From Trichodesmium erythraeum IMS101 (GTDB taxonomy: Bacteria; Cyanobacteriota; Cyanobacteriia; Cyanobacteriales; Microcoleaceae), in the NCBI RefSeq assembly GCF_000014265.1, contig NC_008312.1, forward strand, positions 2,370,001 through 2,402,000: a DNA stretch of 32,000 nucleotides, read 5' to 3'. A program made the position numbers and the translations under genes. The notes under the pieces were generated by a model. It worked only from the letters and a program-made list of their open reading frames with translations. It searched no databases and was not told where the DNA came from. Shown here piece by piece: positions 1-9,259 of this stretch; the first letter of the stretch is position 1; every line of letters starts with the position of its first letter.

Positions 1-784
1 CCAACAAAATACCAGCTAAACTGACAAACTGAGCAATGCGTAATGGTCCTAACATTAAACTATCAGTGCGCAATGCTTCAATCCAAATCCGTCCACTACT
101 ATAAGCAACCATATAGACTAGAAATAAAGTCCCTGGTTTAAGTCGAGGTCTACCCCGCAAATCTCTAAAAAAAAGAAATATTAATAATCCAAATACTATC
201 AAATTCCATAAAGACTCATATAAAAAAGTCGGATGGAAATAATCAAAACTTATTAAGTCTAACGGACGACGTTCTGGAGGAATATACAACTTCCAAGGTA
301 AATCTGTGGGACTGCCAAAAGCCTCAGAATTGAAAAAATTACCCCACCGACCGATGACTTGTCCTAAAATTAAAGAAGGAGCTACTAAATCTGCTAATTG
401 CCAGAAAGAAATTTTATTGAGTCTGGCAAAAATCAAAGCAGCGATCGCCCCACCAATAATTGCTCCATGAATTGCAATTCCTCCTTTCCAAATAGCAATC
501 ATATCTATAGGATTTTGTTGATATTGTTCCCACTCAAAGAGAACATAGTACAAACGGGCTCCAGGAATTGCGGCTAATACTAACCAAATCACTAAATCAC
601 CCAATAATTCTGGGTTAACATGACGAAGTTTAGCTAAGTATTGGGAAAGAGTGACTCCAATTAATAGTGCAGCTGCAATTAAAAGTCCATACCAGCGAAT
701 TATCAAAGGTCCCAACTGAAAAATAATTGGACCTGGAGAAGTAAATTGAAAGCCTAAAGGCAATAAGGTAATCTCTACTGTCAT
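1..784 (-). CDS. lgt: Phosphatidylglycerol--prolipoprotein diacylglyceryl transferase (Lgt); C-terminal end runs off the left edge of the window
   Basis: Absent from the ORF track because it is open at the window edge. I translated the reverse complement from the ATG at 784..782: [43 protein letters not shown]...[19 protein letters not shown]...[18 protein letters not shown]...[13 protein letters not shown]...[14 protein letters not shown]. There are 261 stop-free codons. The IRWYGL, GGIxIHGA, GRWGNFxNxEAFG and [11 protein letters not shown] motifs are the hallmarks of Lgt. Confidence 0.9.
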   Translation of the reverse strand, partial: MTVEITLLPLGFQFTSPGPIIFQLGPLIIRWYGLLIAAALLIGVTLSQYLAKLRHVNPELLGDLVIWLVLAAIPGARLYYVLFEWEQYQQNPIDMIAIWKGGIAIHGAIIGGAIAALIFARLNKISFWQLADLVAPSLILGQVIGRWGNFFNSEAFGSPTDLPWKLYIPPERRPLDLISFDYFHPTFLYESLWNLIVFGLLIFLFFRDLRGRPRLKPGTLFLVYMVAYSSGRIWIEALRTDSLMLGPLRIAQFVSLAGILL

Positions 785-785
785 T

Positions 786-813
786 TCAGTTATCAGTTAT
801 AAGTTATTAGTAC
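786..813. repeat. Degenerate heptamer tandem repeat (TCAGTTA x2, TAAGTTA, TTAGTAC), STRR-like, directly 5' of the lgt start codon
   Basis: Read directly at 786..813: tcagtta tcagtta taagtta ttagtac. It sits 2 nt from the lgt ATG (minus strand). Confidence 0.6.
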
Positions 814-3064
814 CTCTCACTTTGGTTGAGGGCTTGAAATCATAAATTTCTTTTTATCCCCATGAAAGGGTAGGCTTAAAACCTTATTTATTGGTCATTA
901 ATCTAGTATCAAAATTACTATGGATGTTCTTTACTATTTATAAGTATAAAAACTTTTATAAAACAGGTGACTATTATAATTTATTATGCTTGGGTATAAT
1001 ATCTAAAATCTAACTGAATTTCCTGTCCAATTTTATGATTATGTATTAACAGTGATATTAGTTGATCTTTCTAATAGACATCTCCAAAATCAAAATTAAC
1101 ATCAAATATAGTAGTCTATTATTCTTTATGCAGCCCCGATCTGAATCAAGTATTAGAATATATTAATAACCATCGAAAACGGACAAAGAGAGTTATTGGT
1201 GTCACTAACATACAGCTTTCAAAAATTAATATAAAATGCTCAGAATATTGTTGGAGAAAGAGAATCGGTCAAAGCCCTTTGTAAAAAAAAATATTAATTA
1301 AAGTAAAGGGTAGTAGAAACATGATTAATTCCTAGTAAGTAAATTAGATAAACTTTATATTATTTCTACTAGAAGCAGATATTTAAATTGATAGGAATAA
1401 ATTTTGGTGTCAGTGATTAATTGCCAACAATATATTTGAGAATAAGTTAAGTGGTTATTTTCCGGTAATTACTACCAGCAAGATTATTGGAGTGGGTAAA
1501 AAAAAAAGAATTATAGAGTTATAGGATAAAGAAATATTAAAATAGCTATAATTAACTTTATACAGTAAACCAGAAAGACATAAAAATACTTTTTAAATAG
1601 GAAACATAGGAAACATATTATTCAGGTAAATACAAAAAATATACATTTAATTTCACAAATAATTATCACAGATAGATGTGGATTAATAGTAGACTTAGTA
1701 GTCAGATAAGTTTGTCAATAAAGTCATAAATACTCATTCAATAAACAGCAAAAAAAATATGATAGGGAGTAAAAAAAATAAGAATATAAAGGATATTAAG
1801 GCAGGGATATATTTGATATATAAAAAAATAAAATCGAAAAATTAACTGTCAGGAAAGGAATAGAATAAGTTAAAATATTAAAAACAATAATATCTGTATA
1901 TTATTAATACCATTTATCATGTATTCATGGTGCCCGGGGAAGATTTTAAAAAATAACTGGATAGATTACAGAGGTTAGTAGAAAATAAAGTTAAGTCAAT
2001 AATAAATAGCATTTATCAATCAATATAAAGTTCAAGTATAGCCAAATGTTTTATGATTTGTAAATAAGGCTTATAAGAGCATTTAAAGTAGTATGAGAAA
2101 TCAAAAGTAATTTTAACCATAAATACTTTTTTAATATTAAAAATAGCAGTATTAATACTGATATTAGTCATACTTAAGAGAGAAAAATAAAAGAATAAAA
2201 AATTGGATCAAGATGGTAAATAGTTAACAATAATTATATCTAATAGTAATCAAGGGTGTAAAAAAACGCTTATTTATACAAGAAAATGCGACATGCCCAT
2301 GGGAAAAAGTTTAAAACTACATTGCTCCCTAAAAAATAGTTATAGTAAATGCTTGATAATTTTTATAAATGTAATAAAAGTAGTTTAGTAAAACGTAAGT
2401 TAAAAATTACATTCAACCCTTATATAAGAATTATTAGATTTTTATTTTTTTATAAAAAGTTGCATATTTATCTTACCCAATAAGAGTAATAATAGACATT
2501 TTTTGCAGTTAAAAAATGTCAAAGTACCGATGAGTAGTTAGACATATATATAGCCTATTATATGTAAGTCCGGAAAGAGTTATTACAGTAGATTTGCTTA
2601 ACAATAATAAAAACTTAATTATATACTTAAAAATTGTTGAAAAAGCTAAATTTACTTTGATTAATAAACCATGAAATCCGCTGTAAATAGTTATATTTGT
2701 GTTAATAAAATCAATATCAATATAATTTTAATGACCAAATCACTTTGCCATAAAAGTGTGAATTTTATAAATTAAATTGACACATATACATGAAATAGTC
2801 GTTTGATACTTATATTTATTTTCAATTATTTGAAATATTTTTAGTGTAAATCAAGTTACTTAAAAAAAATTATATAGCACTAATTTTTAATAAAACTCTA
2901 GAGATTATCTTTGATTTTTTTCAGTTTAACATTATCTTCAGTTATATAAATATTTAATCTTTTTTTAATAAATCAATTATTATTATAAAGTTAAGAAATT
3001 AAAAATAATAACCACATAGATATAGAAGTTAATTAGGATTGAATAGTGTAAACTTAATTTTCAA

Positions 3065-3454
3065 GTGGTGAAGAAATATATGGAACTATTGCAAGAACAA
3101 ATTTTTGCTTTGACTAAAAAAGTTGAAGTAATATATAGAATTATTGAACAACTCAATGACAAGGTATCAAATTACATAATTATTGAGAAAGTAAATAAAT
3201 ATCAAACTACAGAAACTGATTCTAATCTGCAACAAGGCAATGAACTTCAAGAAAAATATGACTATTTTAACCCAGAATTAGAACATAAGGATGTCCTAGT
3301 AGATGATAATTATTTGAATAAGAGTAGTCAAAATATTGATGGAGAATTAACATCAAATATTCAAATTCAACGGTTAACAGCTCAGTTAACAGCAGCTTAT
3401 AATCGAATTGCTTCCTTAGAAGAACAATTACTATCAAAAAAAATTAAATTTTAG
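3065..3454 (+). CDS. Hypothetical small coiled-coil protein (129 aa from GTG 3065; 124 aa if the ATG at 3080 is used)
   Basis: This is the only ORF of at least 60 aa in about 3.4 kb of very AT-rich DNA. Heptad-like segments occur at both ends (MELLQEQIFALTKKVEVIYRIIEQLNDKV; IQIQRLTAQLTAAYNRIASLEEQLLSKK). I recognise no family. Confidence 0.4.
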   Translation: MVKKYMELLQEQIFALTKKVEVIYRIIEQLNDKVSNYIIIEKVNKYQTTETDSNLQQGNELQEKYDYFNPELEHKDVLVDDNYLNKSSQNIDGELTSNIQIQRLTAQLTAAYNRIASLEEQLLSKKIKF

Positions 3455-3681
3455 AGATTACATATATAGCATTTTCAGGCGTTGGTGAATCAAGCTATGA
3501 ATTAAGATCTGATTTTAAATATCATTTTGATTATATAGTCTAAAATTATGCAATGTCCTGAATGTAATCTCATCATATCTGCAACTAAGGAATCAGTTGA
3601 AAAGGAAAACAAAACTATTTAATGAGACTTGATATAACCCTGAGGATTAAAATATAGAGTAAAATATAAACATCATCACAA

Positions 3682-3869
3682 AATTATTTACCTATTCTAA
3701 TTCTCTAGCATCTTTAGAAAGCAAATAATTCAGCTTCTATAGATATGTAATTAATTTTGTGTACTTTCTTAAGTACTTAAAGAAATTATTTACCTATTCT
3801 AATTCTCTGGGTTCTTTAGAAAACAAAGAATTGAGCTTTTATAAATTGTGTAATTAATTTTATGCACCT
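3682..3869. repeat. Two tandem copies of a ~85-nt unit with a ~102-bp period, in non-coding DNA
   Basis: Copy 1 starts at 3682 (aaattatttacctattctaattctctagcatctttagaaagcaaataattcagcttctatagatatgtaattaattttgtgtac). Copy 2 starts at 3784 (aaattatttacctattctaattctctgggttctttagaaaacaaagaattgagcttttataaattgtgtaattaattttatgcac). By eye there are about 10 mismatches plus one indel. Confidence 0.8.
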
Positions 3870-4130
3870 GCTGAGTAGGTTATAATATTGTATAGTAATA
3901 ATATTCATATCAAACCACAACCCTTATGGTGTAGAATCATTAGATGAAATCTTCAGATTAAAAAACTGCAACAAAAAACTCTTACCCAACCGCTATATAG
4001 CTATACATTTAGGACGCCGACATTGACATTGGTAAATCCTGTTTTTGATAATTCATTTGGGTATGGAAAACCCACTTCTTTGATATCTTTTGACTTCTCA
4101 CCTTGGGTTTTTAACCTATTTTTTCCTAAA

Positions 4131-4166
4131 GTTCCCCGAGCTCCCCTGGAACCCCACCTTTTTTTT
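4131..4166 (+). terminator. Possible plus-strand intrinsic terminator (weak stem followed by a T8 run)
   Basis: GTTCC (4131..4135) pairs with GGAAC (4148..4152) across a 12-nt loop. This is followed by CCCACC and eight T residues (4159..4166). The stem is only 5 bp and no annotated plus-strand gene ends nearby, so this is tentative. Confidence 0.25.
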
Positions 4167-4238
4167 GAGAGAAAGAAACAGCCCTAGGGTAAGGGAGGTT
4201 AACTTTTGACTTACGTGTAAAACTATGTTGCTAATTTT

Positions 4239-5345
4239 TTATTCAAGAAATATAAAAGACGCAAACAAATCTTCAACAGCTTTCAGTAATTGAGTTTGAT
4301 TCCAATTTCTATATAAATGAGCAGTGATCGCGCAGCCTCCACAGCCAACTCCTTCCTTAACATATCCCCTTTCATAAGCTTGTAGTTGAGGATAACAAGA
4401 CTCATCAAAATGAAGTTGTGTTGCCATTAAAGGTACACAACCAATCTCTTGTGCTAACCCAACGGTGTCTCCCGTGGGATCTTCAGCAACCCAACGAGTT
4501 GTTCCCACCACAATATTCTCAGGTCTCCAAAGTAAAGATAACTTTTCTGCCAATACTTGCATTAAAGCATAAACAGCCAGCATTTGCGTTCCACCAGCTA
4601 ACATTACCCCCACCTTGAGACTTGCTGCCATTCCCATTCCTGCTACTACTATTTGCATCGGGTCTCCAACTGCAGCGACTAGTTTTAGAGGTTCTGACAC
4701 TGGAAGCGCCGAATGAAAGCCAGCCTCCTGTAAACCCTGATGTACTACAGCCAATTTTTGATCATGATTACATTGAGGATGACTGCTATTTACTTTACCA
4801 ATAGCGCCAATACCCAAACCTAATAAAACTGCTAAAGCGGTAGTTGTTCCTCCAACTACACATTCTCCTAAAATCACATAGCTATCTTTTGCTTCATCAG
4901 CTAACTTCCGACCCCAATAACTACCTACTTCTAGTAAATGTTGAATTGTTGCCAGATCTAAAGCATGACCAGAAGTTAAACAACGAGCAGGAGCGCCTCC
5001 CAAATCAATTGTTGGAACAGTTGGTTTATGGTATAAGCCAGCATTAAATAAATAAAGAGGAATATTGAGAGTATCAATAATTGCTTTTGTGATTAAGACT
5101 GGGGAAGCACCAGCCTCAAGGGGAGGTAATGGATATTGGGGTTGTAGTTGTAGACCGTTATATAAAAATTCTATATCTGCTAAACAAGTATATTGGCGGT
5201 CTTGTGGCGTTGCTCCTGCTGCCGAAATTCCTGGAATTAGACCTGTATCTGTAAATCCTAAAATACAACCAAAAATTGGTTTGTAGCCTTGATACCTTTG
5301 GAGCCAATTTTTTCCCTGTTGTCTCTGGGTATAAACACGAATCAT
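4239..5345 (-). CDS. CobT-like nicotinate-nucleotide--dimethylbenzimidazole phosphoribosyltransferase family protein (UPF0284/TIGR00303 type)
   Basis: 368-aa ORF. The N-terminus IFGCILGFTDTGLIPGISAAGATPQDRQYT and the core ILGECVVGGTTTALAVLLGLG / VAAVGDPMQ / MLAGGTQM match my memory of the cyanobacterial/archaeal CobT-like UPF0284 family. Confidence 0.8.
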   Translation of the reverse strand: MIRVYTQRQQGKNWLQRYQGYKPIFGCILGFTDTGLIPGISAAGATPQDRQYTCLADIEFLYNGLQLQPQYPLPPLEAGASPVLITKAIIDTLNIPLYLFNAGLYHKPTVPTIDLGGAPARCLTSGHALDLATIQHLLEVGSYWGRKLADEAKDSYVILGECVVGGTTTALAVLLGLGIGAIGKVNSSHPQCNHDQKLAVVHQGLQEAGFHSALPVSEPLKLVAAVGDPMQIVVAGMGMAASLKVGVMLAGGTQMLAVYALMQVLAEKLSLLWRPENIVVGTTRWVAEDPTGDTVGLAQEIGCVPLMATQLHFDESCYPQLQAYERGYVKEGVGCGGCAITAHLYRNWNQTQLLKAVEDLFASFIFLE

Positions 5346-5503
5346 GATTGGATAATGGGTGATAGTTCAATTGATAAAGAAAGTAATAAGTCAGGAAAAA
5401 GGAAGGGTTTAAGCTAGGAAATTATTGACAGCACTTTTGAGGATAGTCAGGTAAAGTTTCAAACTCACTTTATATTCCGTGTTTTCTATTTCCTATTTTT
5501 TAA

Positions 5504-6163
5504 CTAATCATAATCCAGCAATTTTTTTATCCATTTAGGAGGTCTAGGAATAGAGTTTCCGATCCTATCTAGTAATAATAAAGCTACTAAATGTACAACG
5601 GATAAGTAGATAACATTGTTTATAAAAATCAGGATTAAAGCTATCAGTTGAACTAATAGTAAATTGGGTTGATTTAATAATCCTAATTTGACAAATACCC
5701 ATTCTACTAATTCTGTAGCTTGTGTAATTAAGTAGATCCAAAGGTCTTGCCCTAACAAAATTGAAAGTAACCAAAATCTAAAAAAGAAACCTATAGAGCC
5801 AAGTAGAGAACCATAAGTAATAGAAACGAACCAACTTTTGCCTCGCCTCCATAATGCTCCCAACATTACTCCCATCAAAGCAAAAGGAATTACAAATAAG
5901 ATGCTGCGAGTTGGCCCCATTAGTATAGATAACAGTAATCCCGATACTATTGCGCCCATCCAAGATGCACGGCTCCCCCAGCGCAAGTAAAGTAAAGCAG
6001 TGGGTATGGGGAAAAAAATCTTTAATAAAGGCCCTACTGGAAAATAATAGTTGATAAACCAAATCAAGCTGGCGGTACTGGCCAGAAAAGCTGTTTCTAC
6101 TAGAATTAAAGGTTGATCTTCTCTGCTGCTTGATGGTTGTTTTTGATCTGAAGTTGTTTTCAC
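5504..6163 (-). CDS. Polytopic inner-membrane protein, DUF2232-like
   Basis: 219-aa ORF with about 5-6 hydrophobic helices. The conserved-looking N-terminal block LVETAFLASTASLIWFINYYFPVGPLLKIFFPIPTALLYLRWG resembles cyanobacterial DUF2232 proteins. It has the same orientation as, and is tightly spaced with, the flanking crp-family and cobT-like genes. Confidence 0.6.
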   Translation of the reverse strand: MKTTSDQKQPSSSREDQPLILVETAFLASTASLIWFINYYFPVGPLLKIFFPIPTALLYLRWGSRASWMGAIVSGLLLSILMGPTRSILFVIPFALMGVMLGALWRRGKSWFVSITYGSLLGSIGFFFRFWLLSILLGQDLWIYLITQATELVEWVFVKLGLLNQPNLLLVQLIALILIFINNVIYLSVVHLVALLLLDRIGNSIPRPPKWIKKLLDYD

Positions 6164-6164
6164 T

Positions 6165-6199
6165 GATTTGGTTTTGGGTTTTGGCTTTTAACTTTTAAA
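6165..6199. repeat. Degenerate heptamer run (GATTTGG TTTTGGG TTTTGGC TTTTAAC TTTTAAA)
   Basis: Read directly. It fills the 31-bp gap between the Crp-family stop codon (6195..6197) and the start of the membrane-protein gene (6163), and overlaps the stop codon. Confidence 0.5.
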
Positions 6200-6899
6200 C
6201 AAGTGTACGTTCTAAAGCGTGGAGGTCAGGAATACATAAAATATCGCGCTCGCGTTTAATTAATGACTTTTTCTCCAACTTACTTAAGACTCTAGTTACT
6301 GTTTCTCTGGCCAAACCACTTAAACTACTTAGCTCTCTATGAGGCAAATTAGGAATTTCTATTCCTTGTTGGGAAGGTGTACCTTGGCCTTCTGCTAGAA
6401 AGAGCAAAATATCTGTTACCCTTGCCTGAGCATCTGCTTCTCGTAATCTAAGTCGTCGATTTACTTGTCGTAAACGTCTGGCCATTAATTGAGCTAATCG
6501 GATTCCTGCTATGGGTTCAGTATTAATGAGATAAGCAAAGTCCTGAGCTGGCATATTAGCAATTAAAGTAGGAGCTAGAGTAATTACATCAGTAGAGCGT
6601 GGTATTTCATCTAAAGCTGCCATCTCTCCGAATAATTCTCCTTTGCCTAAAATATTTAGTGTTACTTCTTTACCATCTAAATTATAGGTGCGAATCTTTA
6701 CCCACCCATCTAAAATAAAGTATACTGAAGATCCCCAATCATTTTCCAGTAAGATTACTTGATTCCCTGGATGTTGACGGCTGACCAAGTGAATCACTGC
6801 TTTTTTTAATGCCTTTTCTGGTAAGCTCTCAAAAAATGGTGTGGACAGTATTAGTTGTTTTATATTTGACTGGGGGTTGTGACTGTACCTATCTTCCAT
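6195..6899 (-). CDS. Crp/Fnr-family transcriptional regulator (cNMP-binding domain plus C-terminal HTH)
   Basis: 234-aa ORF. It has a beta-roll cNMP-binding signature (VYFILDGWVKI...GKGELFGEMAAL...RSTDVITL) and a C-terminal HTH (HRELSSLSGLARETVTRVLSKLEKKSLI). It is not NtcA by sequence. Confidence 0.85.
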   Translation of the reverse strand: MEDRYSHNPQSNIKQLILSTPFFESLPEKALKKAVIHLVSRQHPGNQVILLENDWGSSVYFILDGWVKIRTYNLDGKEVTLNILGKGELFGEMAALDEIPRSTDVITLAPTLIANMPAQDFAYLINTEPIAGIRLAQLMARRLRQVNRRLRLREADAQARVTDILLFLAEGQGTPSQQGIEIPNLPHRELSSLSGLARETVTRVLSKLEKKSLIKRERDILCIPDLHALERTLV

Positions 6900-7504
6900 G
6901 AAGTTATCTGTTCTACTAATTAGGGCAGGGGATTTAGACTAGAGGTAAATTATAAATTAATAATGAAAGCCAATATATTTTTTATTAATAAAATTACCTA
7001 ACTTTAATAATTTGAAAGTCTATAGACTATAGTGCCACGGTTAACTGGGGAAATCATCACTAAAAAAGAGAAAAGTTTAAAAATGTATAAATGTCCATAC
7101 TCTATTTGCTTTGTTCTATAATAAAAATAAATAATTGTAGTTCTTGACTTTGATCATGACTGTCTATGATGAGCAAGATTGGGCAATTCTATAAGCTAAA
7201 TAAAGCTGTTGAATATATGATATTATAATTTTTTAGGGTAACTTTGGCTATAAATGATATATGTGGTAATGATTGCTGATATTTAATGATAAATATTTTG
7301 CTTATTAAGGAATAATATTTGAGCTATAAATACTGCATTAATATTGCCTTGTTTTCACCATCATCTAAATATTTTAACTATAGATAAAATAAAAGGATGG
7401 AATTACTCTGATAAAGTTTATTTAAATATTGTATATCCACTAGGGAAAAGAAAGAAAAAAATTTACTTAGATTATACTTTTATAAGTTCTATGATTCCTA
7501 ATAA

Positions 7505-9259
7505 TTGGTGATTAAAGGGGTAGTAATTTTGAAAAAGCAGAGTAACCGAATTCAATCAATAATCTTTGAGATAGATGAGGTACTAAGTCAATCTAGTACC
7601 GAAAGTTATTGTCAAACTATTGAAGAAACACTGAAAAAATCTCAACATATACTACAGGAAACTCTAGACTATCTGAGTGAAGACCCAGATAATAGCTCCA
7701 ATTTACAGCTACCCTCTATTGACACAGATTTAGCTTCAGAAGACACTACTGACTTTCAGATTAAACAACATCTAATAGAAAAGTTTTTTGCCCCTATTAA
7801 CGAATATATACAGGAAGATTTCACCATACTTAAAAAACAACGGCAAGCTCTGCAAGAAGAAATTAGGGGACTTGAAAAGCAAATAGAGGAAAATTCTTCT
7901 CTAGCTCAACAATACGCTAAACAAGAGCAAATTATTTTTGAGTTTTCTCAAGTTTTACTTGGCCAGATACAAGAAATTTTGGTTGAACATTTGTTTTGCC
8001 TAGCAACTCAATATTTATCTCCTGCTGAAGGTGGTTTATCCTCTAAAAAATATATTTCCCTACAGAATATGAAGGATATGGAAACCTCTGAAGTGATAAA
8101 AATTTTCGAGGATAAACTAGAGGAAAGTTCTAAATATAATCACTCATTGATTGATGATTCAAATAATTATAATAGTGAGCAAAAAAAGCAAACTCAAGAA
8201 AATAATACAGAAGCAAATATGAATGATAAAAATTATCAAAATAAAAAGCTATCCCCTCAAATAGATAGGTCAAATCAACCAATAGATAAATTCCCATTGC
8301 CTTATCCAGGTTATGAGTTTTTTGGAAATGTAGAGATGGAATCAAAAACAACAGAAACAGAAAAAAAAAAGCATCAATTAGAAAAATTAAATAGTCAAGC
8401 ATTTTCTCTAGAAGATAAGTCTAAGATTAACGAAAAGCAAGATTTAGAAACTATTAAAACTCATCAATATCCAAATGAAATTTATGCTGGACTAAAACCT
8501 CCTAGTTTTGATGATAATGATATAGAAAATCAAAACTATCAAAATCAATCTTTAACAATAAAAGATGAAGTACCAATAGTCCCAGAATTGAAATTAGATG
8601 CCTCAGAAAATAGAGACAATTTAGACAATCCTGAAGTCCTAGAATCTCTGAGCAACTTATTTGGAAAGCTAGAAGTCGATAAAGAATCAAATAACAAATT
8701 AATTACTACTACAAAAAATCAACGAAATTTCAAAATTTCCACAGCTCAATTAGAAGAAGATACATATACTCAAGAATCTCTAAGACAAAGTCTATTACCT
8801 GTAGAAGAACCTGATAAAAAACCTAAGGAATTTTTATTAGATAATCAAACTCTACAATGTTTGCGTTCTGATTTAGATAGTTTAGAAGAAATTGATGGAA
8901 ATGAATTAATAGATGATCAGGAGCAAACTAAATTACAATTAGAAGAATATCAGAATGGAGATTTAACAGAAAATACTCCCGGGTTTTCTGAGGATAGTTT
9001 GGTTATGACTTCAGAAGCAGAATTTACTAATTTAGAGGATTTGTTCATAAGTGTTGATGAGCAAAAAAAATCCAGAACGAGTCAACAAGAAAATATTTAT
9101 GGTTCAGCAGAAAATACAACAAATAAAGTAACTCTAGAAGATTTTTTGGATGACTCAAGATTAGAAATAGATGAAAAAATAACGGAAACAGATAATCAGG
9201 AATTTTCTCCTCTAGAAACTTTACTTCAAGAGAAAAAAAATTCAGAAAAAAAAATTTGA
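7505..9259 (+). CDS. Hyper-acidic, low-complexity (E/D/N/Q/K/S-rich) protein with an N-terminal coiled-coil segment; hypothetical
   Basis: 584 stop-free codons, which is highly non-random in AT-rich DNA. The start must be non-ATG (GTG 7505 or TTG 7529). There is a coiled-coil stretch (LKKQRQALQEEIRGLEKQIEENSSLAQQYAKQEQ); the remainder looks disordered. Its stop codon overlaps the next ORF (TTGA at 9256..9259). Confidence 0.55.
   Translation: MVIKGVVILKKQSNRIQSIIFEIDEVLSQSSTESYCQTIEETLKKSQHILQETLDYLSEDPDNSSNLQLPSIDTDLASEDTTDFQIKQHLIEKFFAPINEYIQEDFTILKKQRQALQEEIRGLEKQIEENSSLAQQYAKQEQIIFEFSQVLLGQIQEILVEHLFCLATQYLSPAEGGLSSKKYISLQNMKDMETSEVIKIFEDKLEESSKYNHSLIDDSNNYNSEQKKQTQENNTEANMNDKNYQNKKLSPQIDRSNQPIDKFPLPYPGYEFFGNVEMESKTTETEKKKHQLEKLNSQAFSLEDKSKINEKQDLETIKTHQYPNEIYAGLKPPSFDDNDIENQNYQNQSLTIKDEVPIVPELKLDASENRDNLDNPEVLESLSNLFGKLEVDKESNNKLITTTKNQRNFKISTAQLEEDTYTQESLRQSLLPVEEPDKKPKEFLLDNQTLQCLRSDLDSLEEIDGNELIDDQEQTKLQLEEYQNGDLTENTPGFSEDSLVMTSEAEFTNLEDLFISVDEQKKSRTSQQENIYGSAENTTNKVTLEDFLDDSRLEIDEKITETDNQEFSPLETLLQEKKNSEKKI

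Noticed and set aside
1599-1616. Tandem AGGAAACAT AGGAAACAT, recalling the GGAAACA motifs of the cyanobacterial Yfr2 sRNA family
   Set aside because: The two motifs are directly adjacent rather than in separate loops. I see no flanking stems or terminator, and the context is nearly pure A/T. This is insufficient to call an sRNA.
4418-5370. Five ORFs of 60-73 aa (4418..4618, 4622..4804, 4844..5047, 5065..5286 on the plus strand; 5158..5370 on the minus strand) overlapping the CobT-like gene
   Set aside because: All lie antisense or out of frame within a 368-aa gene with clear family motifs. Their translations are low-complexity with no recognisable motifs.
5346-5503. Possible cobalamin riboswitch in the leader of the CobT-like gene
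   Set aside because: The leader is only about 158 nt and AT-rich. It lacks a B12-box-like conserved core and the GC-rich helices such riboswitches need.
5565-6062. Out-of-frame minus-strand ORFs 5565..5774 and 5778..6062
   Set aside because: They are embedded in the DUF2232-like membrane-protein gene in another frame. The main frame has coherent TM-helix periodicity and these do not.
8130-8690. Antisense ORFs 8130..8402 and 8502..8690
   Set aside because: They lie opposite the low-complexity region of the 584-aa ORF. Purine-rich sense codons (GAA/AAA/AAT) give stop-poor antisense frames by composition alone.
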